DNA of 64,000 bases. It comes from Candidatus Omnitrophota bacterium (GTDB lineage: Bacteria > Omnitrophota > Gorgyraeia > Tantalellales > Tantalellaceae). The DNA is taken from contig JAJRVD010000025.1 of the NCBI GenBank assembly GCA_024277375.1, positions 19,846-83,845 of the forward strand, read 5' to 3'. Both the position numbers and the translations under genes were made by a program. Below are positions 37,788 to 46,738 of the stretch, piece after piece. Every line of letters begins with the position of its first letter. Position 1 is the stretch's first letter. The notes under the pieces are model-generated. The model saw only the letters and a program-made list of their open reading frames with translations, did not search any database and was not told where the DNA came from.

Positions 37788-39302
37788 TTAAAAGACTCCT
37801 TTTCTGACCATATCAAGAAATATATCCGTAAGCCGGGGGTCAATTTTGTGACCTTTTTCATTTTCCATTATCGCTACCGCCTCATCGATAGAGAACTTTT
37901 CGCGATATGGCCTGTCTGCAGTTAACGCCTCATATATATCGGCTATGCTTAATATCCGCGCTTCCAGTGGGATCCGCCATCCCTTTCGTCCTTTAGGATA
38001 ACCCGAACCATCAAAATTTTCGTGGTGATTTACAATGATAGGTATGGTCTTACGCAGAAAATAGATCAGCCGTGCCATCTCGGCACCCCAGTAAGAATGC
38101 ATCTTCATCTGTCGAAACTCATTTTTTGTCAGCTGTTCTTTTTTGAACAAGATACTCTCTTCTACACCCAACTTCCCTATATCATGCAGAAGCGCTGCCA
38201 CTTTAAGCCTTTCTGTCTTCACTTTACTCAGTTTGATCTTTTTCGCCAGACTGGCGGCAAAGGTCTTAACCCTAGCAGAATGTTCAGCCACCCATGGCTC
38301 ACTTCTCATGCCGGCATCGAACAGTATACCCATCATTTCAAGATGCGCCGCATGCAGCTCTTTCGATGAAAGAGTATGACTTTTCGCGCTACTATCTACC
38401 GGATCCTCCTTTTCTCTTCCGACAAACATATAAAACACGGTTTTCTCTTCTTTTATGGGCACCACCAACCAGGAGATATATTTCCCGGAGACACCGGACG
38501 CGACAACAGGCATATCAAATTTAAAAAGCCTGTTTTTTCTTTTCATCTCTTTATTTATTTTCCACGCGTCGCCTCGCGCAGATTCGGGTATTATACCATT
38601 GATCCAGGACCGATTCATGATATCGTTTTCAAGAAGAGAGAACGCGGTTAAATATTTTTTGTTCACAAAAACAACCTGACCTTCGTTATCCACGAGCATT
38701 ACAGGGTATTTTATGTTCTGCAGCAATCTTTCAGAAAAATAACCCCAAAGAACGGTATTCTCTTCTAACCCCCGGCCTCTACCCTGTCGTCCTTCAAGGC
38801 GGTTACGCATAATATTCTTCACGCGATCTAAAACGATCGTAAGATCGAGTCCCGTAGTATCTATGTGATAGTTCGCTTTCTTGTAATATGGCCGACGATA
38901 TTCCAGAAGTTCTCTTATCATTTTCCGAGGATCATCAACTTCAAGAAGCGGCCTATGCGCATATTCTTTCGTTCTATCGTATATGGCGTCAACATCAGCC
39001 CATAGACATATAACAACACCAGTCCTACGAAGATCCTTCATATTTTGCCGATTCAAAACTACTCCACCGCCGGTGTCGATCACCTGATCCAATTTTGCCG
39101 AAACCTCTTTTACAACTTCTCGCTCGACCGTTCTGAAATATTCTTCACCTTCATCTCTGAAAATATCAGAAATAAGTTTGTCCTCCCGTATCTCTATGAG
39201 ATTGTCTACACTGACGTATTCCTTGCCCGTATCGTGAGCAAGCGCTTTGGCGATCTCGGTTTTCCCGGATCCCATAAAGCCTACAAGTACAATATTTTTC
39301 AT
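37788..39302 (-). CDS. shikimate kinase fused to PAS-like sensor and HD-GYP phosphodiesterase domain
   Basis: 504 aa; residues 1-175 are a complete AroK (GFMGSGKT Walker A, conserved shikimate-binding pattern); middle ~150 aa are PAS-like; the C-terminus carries HDIGK ... HHENFDGSGYP (HD-GYP signature). Confidence 0.75.
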   Translation of the reverse strand: MKNIVLVGFMGSGKTEIAKALAHDTGKEYVSVDNLIEIREDKLISDIFRDEGEEYFRTVEREVVKEVSAKLDQVIDTGGGVVLNRQNMKDLRRTGVVICLWADVDAIYDRTKEYAHRPLLEVDDPRKMIRELLEYRRPYYKKANYHIDTTGLDLTIVLDRVKNIMRNRLEGRQGRGRGLEENTVLWGYFSERLLQNIKYPVMLVDNEGQVVFVNKKYLTAFSLLENDIMNRSWINGIIPESARGDAWKINKEMKRKNRLFKFDMPVVASGVSGKYISWLVVPIKEEKTVFYMFVGREKEDPVDSSAKSHTLSSKELHAAHLEMMGILFDAGMRSEPWVAEHSARVKTFAASLAKKIKLSKVKTERLKVAALLHDIGKLGVEESILFKKEQLTKNEFRQMKMHSYWGAEMARLIYFLRKTIPIIVNHHENFDGSGYPKGRKGWRIPLEARILSIADIYEALTADRPYREKFSIDEAVAIMENEKGHKIDPRLTDIFLDMVRKGVF

Positions 39303-39331
39303 ATGCTCCCTTTTACATACTTTTTAGGCTT

Positions 39332-39504
39332 GTGCAAAACGCTGTTTTTTTTCAATCAGCCTGTGTCATGATGTAGGGGCTTGATTCATCAAGCCCGTTA
39401 TATCGGGTTCGATGAATCGAACCCCTACAATATGTTGTATGCGGCCATCCGCAAAACAAATTACGGTACAGCCTGAATGACGAGAATTCCATTTTGCACA
39501 AGTC
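39332..39504 (+). repeat. MITE-like element, family A, copy 8 (flanked by the 15-bp direct repeat TTACATACTTTTTAG)
   Basis: Inverted ends CTTGTGCAAAACG / CATTTTGCACAAG; identical 15-bp direct repeats at 39313-39327 and 39505-39519; lies between the aroK-HD-GYP gene and aroC. Confidence 0.88.
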
Positions 39505-40632
39505 TTACATACTTTTTAGTTGCTCCAAATATCCCTCGTAATTCCGGCGGATCTCTTTCATGGAGTCTCCGCCAAACTTCTCTAAAAATACGGCGCCAAT
39601 TTCTATAGCCACAGCCGCTTCGGCGATAACACCGCAAGCCGGAACCGCGGTTACATCAGAACGCTCCGTAGCGGCTTCCGCTTCCTTCTTCGTATCGATA
39701 TCAACAGTTTTTAACGGACTTGCCAAAGTCGCTATGGGCTTCATAAAAGCCTTTACTACAACCGGAGCTCCATTCGTAACTCCGCCCTCTATTCCTCCGG
39801 CATTGTTAGATTCTCGCGTGAACATTCTCCCCAAACTATCATATCCTATCGGATCATGCGTGAGCGAGCCCTTTCGCTACGCGCATTCTATTCCCTTTCC
39901 TATCGAAACCGCCTTTACCGCGGGTATTGCCATAACGGCACGTGCTATCCGACCATCCAACCTTCTGTCCCACTGCGCGTATGTCCCCAATCCCGGAGGG
40001 ATTTCAAGTACCGCGATCTCGATGGTACCACCCAAAGTATCACCGCAAATTTTCGCGTTATCAATGATCTTACGCATACTTTTCGCGGCATTCTTGTCCG
40101 CGCATCTAAGATCTGAAACTTCAGCGATCTTTTTTATTTCATCAAAGAAAAGTCCGTCGGTTTCCGCCTCGACGTTTCCTATCGCGGTAACATGGCTCAT
40201 TACATCAATACCAAATTCTTTAAATATCAATTTCGCGACAGCACCAACAGCGACTTTTATCGCTGTCTCTCGTGCCGAGGCTCTCTCCAGAACATCCCGG
40301 GCGTCTCCAAGAGCATATTTCTGCACACCGGCCAGATCGGCATGTCCGGGACGAGGACATTTTACATCAGGAAGTTTATCGATCTTATGATCCTTATTGC
40401 GTATCAAAAGCCCCACAGGACTGCCTATAGTAAACCCGCCTCGAATGCCGGTCACTACTTCGACCTTATCCCTCTCGATCTTCATCCGGCCGCCTCTACC
40501 ATACCCTACCATACGCCGGGTGAGCTCTTTGTTGATGAATTCTTCATCCATTTTGAGACCCGCGGGCACGCCGTCCAAAACCGCCATTAATCCCTTGCCG
40601 TGGGATTCTCCCGCAGTCATATACCTTAGCAT
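39505..40632 (-). pseudogene. aroC: chorismate synthase (aroC) interrupted by a single in-frame TAG at 39877-39879
   Basis: ORFs 39877..40632 and 39505..39834 share a frame. Read-through gives ...SIGKGIECA-TAG-RKGSLTHDPIGYDSLGRMFTRESNNAGGIEGG, collinear with the AroC consensus (GxGFxxAxxxGSxxxDxI...RSNxAGGIxGG). Total 376 codons. Confidence 0.8.
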
Positions 40633-40717
40633 GGCAAACTCCTTTTTTTCGTATTCCGGATATCGTCAAATCAATGGGGATCAGACCTGCCCCAAAGTCT
40701 TTGCCACCTCTTCTCTG

Positions 40718-40790
40718 TCATCGTGTCGTGTAGGGGTTCGATTCATCGAACCCAATATAACGGGCTTGATAAATCAAGCCCCTACATTAT
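40718..40790 (-). repeat. MITE-like element, family A, copy 9 (minimal core-only copy, reverse orientation)
   Basis: GTAGGGGTTCGATTCATCGAACCCAATATAACGGGCTTGATAAATCAAGCCCCTAC with short arms; lies between aroC and pilD. Confidence 0.75.
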
Positions 40791-40828
40791 GACGAAGCTA
40801 TCACTATAAACACCACTCTCCTACGTAA

Positions 40829-41593
40829 CTAAATTAAAAAATAACCTAAGATCGCATCGCCGTACAATAAACTTATTATCGCCCCTAACGCCAGATAGGG
40901 GCCGTACGCGATAACGTCTTCCCTATGCTTAAGCTTCGCGAAAATACCTACACCGGAACCCATAACCGGCGCGAGAAAAAAAGTAAGAAGTATTAATTTC
41001 CATCCGAGGAACGCTCCAAGCATGGCCATCAGTTTCATATCTCCACCGCCTAATGCCTCTTTTTTGAACAAAACTTCCCCTAAAAGAGCCAGGAGAAACA
41101 TACTGCCGAATCCGGTTACCACCCCCAGTGCGGAATTAATAAACGCCCCCAGCGTTGTCGCGGAACCGTCTAATCTCAACACCGTCATAAGAATAAGCCC
41201 GACGGCTATCCCCTGCAGGCTCAAACAATCGGGTATTTCCTGAAATTCCAGATCAATGAACACAATAACTATCAGCACACATGTTAATGTCCAATAGACA
41301 AAAAACGCGCTGCCCAACGGGTAATAGCGCAAAATGAGCATCGCGCTTAAAGCAGTTACCAGCTCAACCACAAAATACCTTTTAGATATCTTTTCCCCAC
41401 AATGACGGCACCTGCCCCTGAGCGATAAAAAACTTATAAACGGCACATTATCGAACCATCCGATAGTCTTCCGGCATTTCGGACAATAAGAACGAGGTCC
41501 GACTATAGACTCATTCCTCGGTATGCGGTAAATACATACGTTAAGAAAACTCCCTATGATAGCTCCAAAAATAAAAACGATCAAATATTCCAT
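40829..41593 (-). CDS. pilD: type IV prepilin peptidase (A24 family)
   Basis: 254 aa; N-terminal CxxC zinc-finger pairs (CPKC ... CRHC) and the A24 aspartyl peptidase membrane domain. Confidence 0.85.
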   Translation of the reverse strand: MEYLIVFIFGAIIGSFLNVCIYRIPRNESIVGPRSYCPKCRKTIGWFDNVPFISFLSLRGRCRHCGEKISKRYFVVELVTALSAMLILRYYPLGSAFFVYWTLTCVLIVIVFIDLEFQEIPDCLSLQGIAVGLILMTVLRLDGSATTLGAFINSALGVVTGFGSMFLLALLGEVLFKKEALGGGDMKLMAMLGAFLGWKLILLTFFLAPVMGSGVGIFAKLKHREDVIAYGPYLALGAIISLLYGDAILGYFLI

Positions 41594-41610
41594 AGTTTAG
41601 TGCTCCATGT

Positions 41611-41640
41611 TCCGTAGGAGCGGCCTCCGGCCGCGAACAA
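41611..41640 (+). repeat. type-4 repeat copy
   Basis: CCGTAGGAGCGGCCTCCGGCCGCGAACAA upstream of pilD. Confidence 0.7.
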
Positions 41641-41684
41641 CACGTCGTACATCGCATAGCGTACATCATACAGCGTGTTCTCCT

Positions 41685-41885
41685 GTCATTCAGACTGTAT
41701 CATAATGTAGGGGCTTGATTTATCAAGCCCGTTATATCGGGTTCGATGAATCGAACCCCTACAATATGTTGTATGCGACCATCCGTAAAACGAATTACGA
41801 CACATCCTTAACCGAGGACATCGTTCCCGAGTAAGTCCCGGGACCAGAGGTTCTCGGGAAAGGGCCGAGTCAAAGGATCTCTTAT
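41685..41885 (+). repeat. MITE-like element, family A, copy 10 (composite with type-2 tail)
   Basis: Core plus arms at 41685-41806, then a tail ending GGGCCGAGTCAAAGGATCTC; lies between pilD and aroE. Confidence 0.82.
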
Positions 41886-42784
41886 TTGTCTCTCTTCAAC
41901 TCCGCCAAAACCGCTTCTTTCATAACTTTTTTCGTCTCTTCAAGAGGCTTCCCCGTCCATATATTAAAAGCAATGGCCGCCTGGTTGATCAGCATACCCA
42001 ATCCATTAACCGCTGTGAGCCCTTGTTCTTTCGCGGTTTTTAGAAGCCTCGTTTCCCGGGCATAGACAAGATCATATACTGTCATCCCCTCTCTTAAACA
42101 CTCAAGAGGAACAGCCGAACGATCATCCCCCTCTTTCGTTCCGATCGGGGTCGCGTTTACAACAAGTTCGCATTAGGCCATTCTTCCGGAAATATCTTTT
42201 GCCTCAACAGGGACGCACGCGTCCGGCCCAAACTGCTTCTTGCAAACAGTTGCCAATTGACAAAGTAGATCCTCTTGCGAATCATAAAGAAATATTTCTT
42301 CAGGTGCCGCCTCACCGATAGAAGCAAGATACATGCACAGAGCTCGCCCCGCCCCGCCGGATCCAAACAGAAAAACCTTTTTACCTTTGGGGTCAAATCC
42401 CGCGTCTTCTTGCAATGATTGATAAAACCCTTCCACGTCAGTATTATACCCCTTAACCTTTTCACCATCACTCCTGACGGTATTGACAGCACCCAGCAAT
42501 TCCGCTTCGCTATCTATAGTACACTTCTGTCCGGATTTCAGCATATCAAACACGGCTATCTTATAAGGTACCGTAACATTAATACCACCAATATTGTTGT
42601 CCTTGATAAGACTCAAGAAATCCTTATCTATATGTTTTGCTCTGGTGTCAAAATCTCTATCGAAAAGTTTATATTCGGTTGGTATGCCAAAATGGGCAAG
42701 CGCCGCATTATGCATGACGGGAGACAAAGAATAGCTTATATTCTTCCCAAGAAGACCGTATACTTTAGCGTTGACGTTCGACAT
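41882..42784 (-). pseudogene. aroE: shikimate dehydrogenase (aroE) interrupted by a single in-frame TAA at 42173-42175
   Basis: ORFs 42173..42784 (N-terminal substrate domain; Rossmann GSGGAGRA) and 41882..42085 are in the same frame. Read-through gives ...DISGRMA-TAA-CELVVNATPIGTKEG...MTVYDLVY..., matching the AroE consensus DLVVNATxxGM. Confidence 0.8.
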
Positions 42785-42834
42785 AGAATGCTCTCCTCTG
42801 ATCTGTCATTGCGAACGAACTAGCGTGAGCGGAA

Positions 42835-43030
42835 CAATCTCTGCAAAAATAATGTTTTATGGGGATTGCCGCGTCATCATTCGCTTTGCAAATGAACTCC
42901 TCGCATTCAGGCTGTGTCACAAGTCACTTTATGAAAGCTACATACAACATATTGCAGGGATTCATTTATCAAACCCGATATAACGGGCTTGATAAATCAA
43001 GCCCCTACATTGCGACACAGCATGAATGAC
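42835..43030 (-). repeat. MITE-like element, family A, copy 11 (degenerate, reverse orientation)
   Basis: One core half is retained (GATATAACGGGCTTGATAAATCAAGCCCCTAC); the other half is degenerate; the arms carry the CAAGTCACTTT...ACATACAACAT subfamily sequence; lies between aroE and leuA. Confidence 0.65.
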
Positions 43031-43037
43031 AATACAT

Positions 43038-44588
43038 CTATTTCTTGCTTGTTTTCTTTTTCGCCTTAGTGGCTTTCGCCGAAAGGCGATTAACGGCATT
43101 TATGTATGCTCTAACACTTGCCTCTATAACATCGGTACTGGAACCTCTGCCCATTACGATCTTTTTGCCGAAAGACACCTTCACGCTGGCTTCTCCAAGC
43201 GCGTCTTTGCCGCTGGTAACAGCGTTTATTCTGTAATCTACAAGTTTGCCCTTTTGGCCGATAGCTTTATCGATGGTCTTGAAACAAGCGTCAACGGGAC
43301 CATCACCCGTCGCGGTGGCTGAAAGTAGTTTTTTGTTTTTTTTAAGATCTACAGTGGCTAAAGGATCTACCTTATTACAACTAGTCACCTGAAAATTAAC
43401 AAGTTTATACTCTTCGGTAACCGTAGCGAGGTCATCTTCCACGATAGTAGCGAGATCTTCATCGTATATTTCAGCTTTTTTGTCAGCAAGGGTCTTGAAT
43501 CGCGCGAAGGCCTGGTCGAGTTCTTTATCAGAAAGAAAATATCCGAGTTTTTTCAACCGGGCTGATACCGCGTGACGTCCTGAAAGTTTTCCGAGGACTA
43601 TCTTTGAGCCCGAAAACCCGACATCCTGAGGCCTTATGATCTCATATGTAACGCGTTTTTTCATCACACCGTCTTGGTGTATCCCGGATTCATGGCTGAA
43701 AGCGTTCTCGCCGACGATAGCTTTGTTGGGCTGGGGGTTTATCCCGGTTAACTTGGCGACCAATTTACTTGTCTTATATAATTCTTTCGTAATGATCCCG
43801 GTCGTTATTCCCTTGAATATATCCTTACGCATCTTGACGGCCATAATAACTTCTTCAAGAGCGGCGTTACCCGCTCTTTCTCCCAGGCCGTTAATGGTAC
43901 ACTCTATCTGACGCGCGCCGTTCAAAACCGCTTCTAAAGAATTGCTTACCCCAAGCCCCAGGTCATTATGACAATGTACGCTTATTACCGCCTTACCGAT
44001 ATTGCTCACATTTTCATTGAGATATCGTATAAGGCTCCCAAATTCGCCGGGCACGGCATAACCTACGGTATCCGGAATATTGACCGTCCGCGCTCCGGCG
44101 GCGATAACCGCCTCCACGACTTCCGCGAGAAAATCGGGTTCCGTTCGCGACGCGTCCTCGGGGGAGAATTCAATATCCGAAATTTTCTTACGGGCATATT
44201 TTACCGCGTCCACTGAAGCCTTAAGTATCTCGTCTTTAGCTTTATTAAGCTTATATTTTCGATGTATACTCGAAGTTGCCAGAAAAACATGTATCCTGGC
44301 CCTTGCGGCTTTCTTAAGAGCCAGATAAGCGTCATCTATATCTCTTTTGGTCGCCCGGGCCAAACCACATATTATCGGTTTTTTGACGTGCTTTGAGACA
44401 GTCTTTACCGCGTCAAGATCTCCCGGACTGGTACGCGGAAACCCCGCTTCGATAACGTCAACACCCAGAGTTTCAAGCTGAAGCGCGATCTTTAATTTCT
44501 CATTCGCGTTCAGACTCGCTCCGGGTGTTTGTTCGCCATCCCTTAAAGTCGTATCAAAAATGATAACCTTGTCTTTCTTCATGATCAA
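43038..44588 (-). CDS. leuA: 2-isopropylmalate synthase
   Basis: 516 aa; HMGL-like TIM barrel (LRDGEQ) plus C-terminal LeuA dimerisation/regulatory domain. Confidence 0.95.
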   Translation of the reverse strand: MIMKKDKVIIFDTTLRDGEQTPGASLNANEKLKIALQLETLGVDVIEAGFPRTSPGDLDAVKTVSKHVKKPIICGLARATKRDIDDAYLALKKAARARIHVFLATSSIHRKYKLNKAKDEILKASVDAVKYARKKISDIEFSPEDASRTEPDFLAEVVEAVIAAGARTVNIPDTVGYAVPGEFGSLIRYLNENVSNIGKAVISVHCHNDLGLGVSNSLEAVLNGARQIECTINGLGERAGNAALEEVIMAVKMRKDIFKGITTGIITKELYKTSKLVAKLTGINPQPNKAIVGENAFSHESGIHQDGVMKKRVTYEIIRPQDVGFSGSKIVLGKLSGRHAVSARLKKLGYFLSDKELDQAFARFKTLADKKAEIYDEDLATIVEDDLATVTEEYKLVNFQVTSCNKVDPLATVDLKKNKKLLSATATGDGPVDACFKTIDKAIGQKGKLVDYRINAVTSGKDALGEASVKVSFGKKIVMGRGSSTDVIEASVRAYINAVNRLSAKATKAKKKTSKK

Positions 44589-44649
44589 TCCTTTTTAACG
44601 TACATCTCATAGAGTACATCGCACAGCGTGTTTCTACCATCTACCCTGT

Positions 44650-44815
44650 TGTCTCAAGTCACTTTGCAAAGAACAACATACAACATAACATACAACATAC
44701 TGTAGGAGTTTGATTTATCGAACCCGATATATCGGGCTCGATAAATCAAGCCCCTACATTGCAACACAGACTGATCGCGAGGAGCACAGCAACGAATCAA
44801 TCTCTACGATATGTG
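44650..44815 (-). repeat. MITE-like element, family A, copy 12 (subfamily variant, reverse orientation)
   Basis: Core variant GTAGGAGTTTGATTTATCGAACCCGATATATCGGGCTCGATAAATCAAGCCCCTAC; shares the CAAGTCACTTT / ACATACAACAT arm with copy 11; right extension GAGCACAGCAACGAATCAATCTCTACGATA; lies between leuA and ilvC. Confidence 0.75.
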
Positions 44816-44857
44816 TACCCCGAAAAATCGGAAATAAGTCCAGCTATAACTGACAAC

Positions 44858-45847
44858 TTAGTCCATCCAAGGCATCATACCGCGCAGCTCTTCGCCGACT
44901 ATCTCTATCTGATGTTTCTTTTCCTCTGATGTTATCTTATTATAATTCGGACGCCCCGCTTCATTCTCTTTGATCCATTCCTCAGCAAATTTACCGGACT
45001 GCACTTCACCAAGGATCTTTTTCATCTCATCACGTGTTGCCTGATTGATGACCCTTTTACCTCTTGTGATGTCGCCATATTCGGCCGTATCCGAAACCCT
45101 GGATCTCATACCTGAGATACCATTTCTATAAATGAGGTCTGTTATGAGCTTTAACTCATGCAGACACTCAAAATACGCGATCTCCGGCTGATATCCAGCT
45201 TCAACCAAAGTATCAAAACCGGCTTTTATAAGTTCCGAAGCACCCCCGCAAAGTACTGCCTGTTCCCCGAAAAGGTCCGTTTCGGTTTCCTCGGTAAAAG
45301 TTGTCTCAATAACACCGGCTTTTGTTCCGCCGATCGCCTTGGCATAAGCCAGAGCCTTGTCCTTCGCTTTACCGCTGGCATCCTGATAGATCGCGATAAG
45401 AGCCGGAACACCTTTACCCTGTTCGTACATCTCTCTTACCAAAGCACCGGGCCCTTTAGGAGCGACCATTATAACATCCACATTTTCAGGCGGCACGATC
45501 TGCTTGAAATGTATGTTGAACCCGTGCGAAAAGGTAAGCGTATTACCTTCGAGGAGATTAGCCTCGATAGCGTTCTTATAAACCGAAGCCTGAACATGGT
45601 CCTGGGTCAATATCTGGATTATATCGGCCTGCTTTGCCGCCTCGGAAGCTGAAATAACATCAAAACCATCTTTCTTTGCCTGTTCATAGTTAGGGGTGCC
45701 TTCCAGTTCACTGACCAGAACATCAATACCACTGTCTCTCAGGTTAAGCGCCTGCCCACGGCCCTGTATACCGTAGCCGATTATCGCTACCTTTGAATCC
45801 TTGATCACATCAAGCTCCGCGTCTTTATCATAGTACATCTTCGCCAT
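44858..45847 (-). CDS. ilvC: ketol-acid reductoisomerase
   Basis: 329 aa; class I KARI ([17 protein letters not shown]). Confidence 0.95.
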   Translation of the reverse strand: MAKMYYDKDAELDVIKDSKVAIIGYGIQGRGQALNLRDSGIDVLVSELEGTPNYEQAKKDGFDVISASEAAKQADIIQILTQDHVQASVYKNAIEANLLEGNTLTFSHGFNIHFKQIVPPENVDVIMVAPKGPGALVREMYEQGKGVPALIAIYQDASGKAKDKALAYAKAIGGTKAGVIETTFTEETETDLFGEQAVLCGGASELIKAGFDTLVEAGYQPEIAYFECLHELKLITDLIYRNGISGMRSRVSDTAEYGDITRGKRVINQATRDEMKKILGEVQSGKFAEEWIKENEAGRPNYNKITSEEKKHQIEIVGEELRGMMPWMD

Positions 45848-45903
45848 CTCACTTCCTCCTTTTTACTAGCGCTCATGCTTCATGCACAATACACTTTTTC
45901 CCC

Positions 45904-45985
45904 GTCCATTCAGACTGTATCATAATGTAGGGGCTTGATTCATCAAGCCCGTTATATCGGGTTCGATAAATCGAACCCCTACATT
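45904..45985 (+). repeat. MITE-like element, family A, copy 13 (right arm truncated)
   Basis: Left arm plus full core; ends 3 nt before the ilvH TAG stop; lies between ilvC and ilvH. Confidence 0.8.
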
Positions 45986-45988
45986 ACG

Positions 45989-46474
45989 CTATTCACTATC
46001 CGACCGCAAAGCTATCTTTCCGGTCCTCACGATCTCCAAAATTCCATAGGGACGTACCAGCTCCACAAGAGCTTTTATCACATGGTCATCCCCTGACTCT
46101 TCAACAGTAAGAGACTTCTTACCGACATCCACTATCTCCGCACCGGTAGTGTCAACAACTTTTACGATCTTTTCCCTGACCTTAGTATCCGGCGCCTTGA
46201 CCTTTATCAGTATAAGCTCTCGCCCGATATGCTCTCCCTCGGTAAGGTCCTGCACGCTAATGACATCTATAAGTTTATTAAGCTGTTTCTTTACCTGTTC
46301 CAATATCTTCTCATCCGCCGCCACGACTATTGTCATCCTTGATGTATCAGGATCTTCCGTTTCACCTACCGCTAACGACGTAATGTTAAACCCCCGTGCG
46401 GAAAAAAGTCCGGCAACCCTCGCCAAAACACCAAACTTATTTTCTACTAAAACTGATAGTACAAATTTAGACAT
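45989..46474 (-). CDS. ilvH: acetolactate synthase small (regulatory) subunit
   Basis: 161 aa; ACT domain plus C-terminal ALS_ss_C; TAG stop abuts a truncated MITE. Confidence 0.9.
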   Translation of the reverse strand: MSKFVLSVLVENKFGVLARVAGLFSARGFNITSLAVGETEDPDTSRMTIVVAADEKILEQVKKQLNKLIDVISVQDLTEGEHIGRELILIKVKAPDTKVREKIVKVVDTTGAEIVDVGKKSLTVEESGDDHVIKALVELVRPYGILEIVRTGKIALRSDSE

Positions 46475-46502
46475 TATTACTCCTTAGCTTTCAGTCTTAG
46501 AC

Positions 46503-46675
46503 TCATGCAAAACGCTGTTTTTTCAATCAGACCGTATCATAATGTAGGGGCTTGATTCATCAAGCCCGTTATATCGGGTTCGATAAATCGAACCCCTACA
46601 ATATCTTGTATGCGGCCATCCGCATAACAAATTACAACACAGGCCGAATGACGAAAGTTCCGTTTTGCAAAACCC
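46503..46675 (+). repeat. MITE-like element, family A, copy 14 (full length)
   Basis: Outer ends ATGCAAAACGCTG / CCGTTTTGCAAAA; flanking CAGTCTT / AGCTTTCAG direct-repeat motifs on both sides; lies between ilvH and ilvB. Confidence 0.88.
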
Positions 46676-46738
46676 TATTCAGTCTTCAGCTTTCAGCCTT
46701 CAGCTGCTGATAGCTGAAAACTGATAGCTGATAGCTCA

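Noticed and set aside
10346-42175. Genetic-code reassignment of TAG/TAA as the explanation for the in-frame stops
   Set aside because: TAA terminates dxr, uppS, purA and serA; TAG terminates cdsA (4 nt before the dxr ATG), the aminotransferase gene and ilvH; TGA terminates rseP and lptB. All three stop codons are therefore in ordinary use as terminators
42157-42492. 111-aa ORF overlapping aroE in another frame
   Set aside because: It is a shadow ORF; the aroE frame carries the conserved Rossmann and C-terminal motifs
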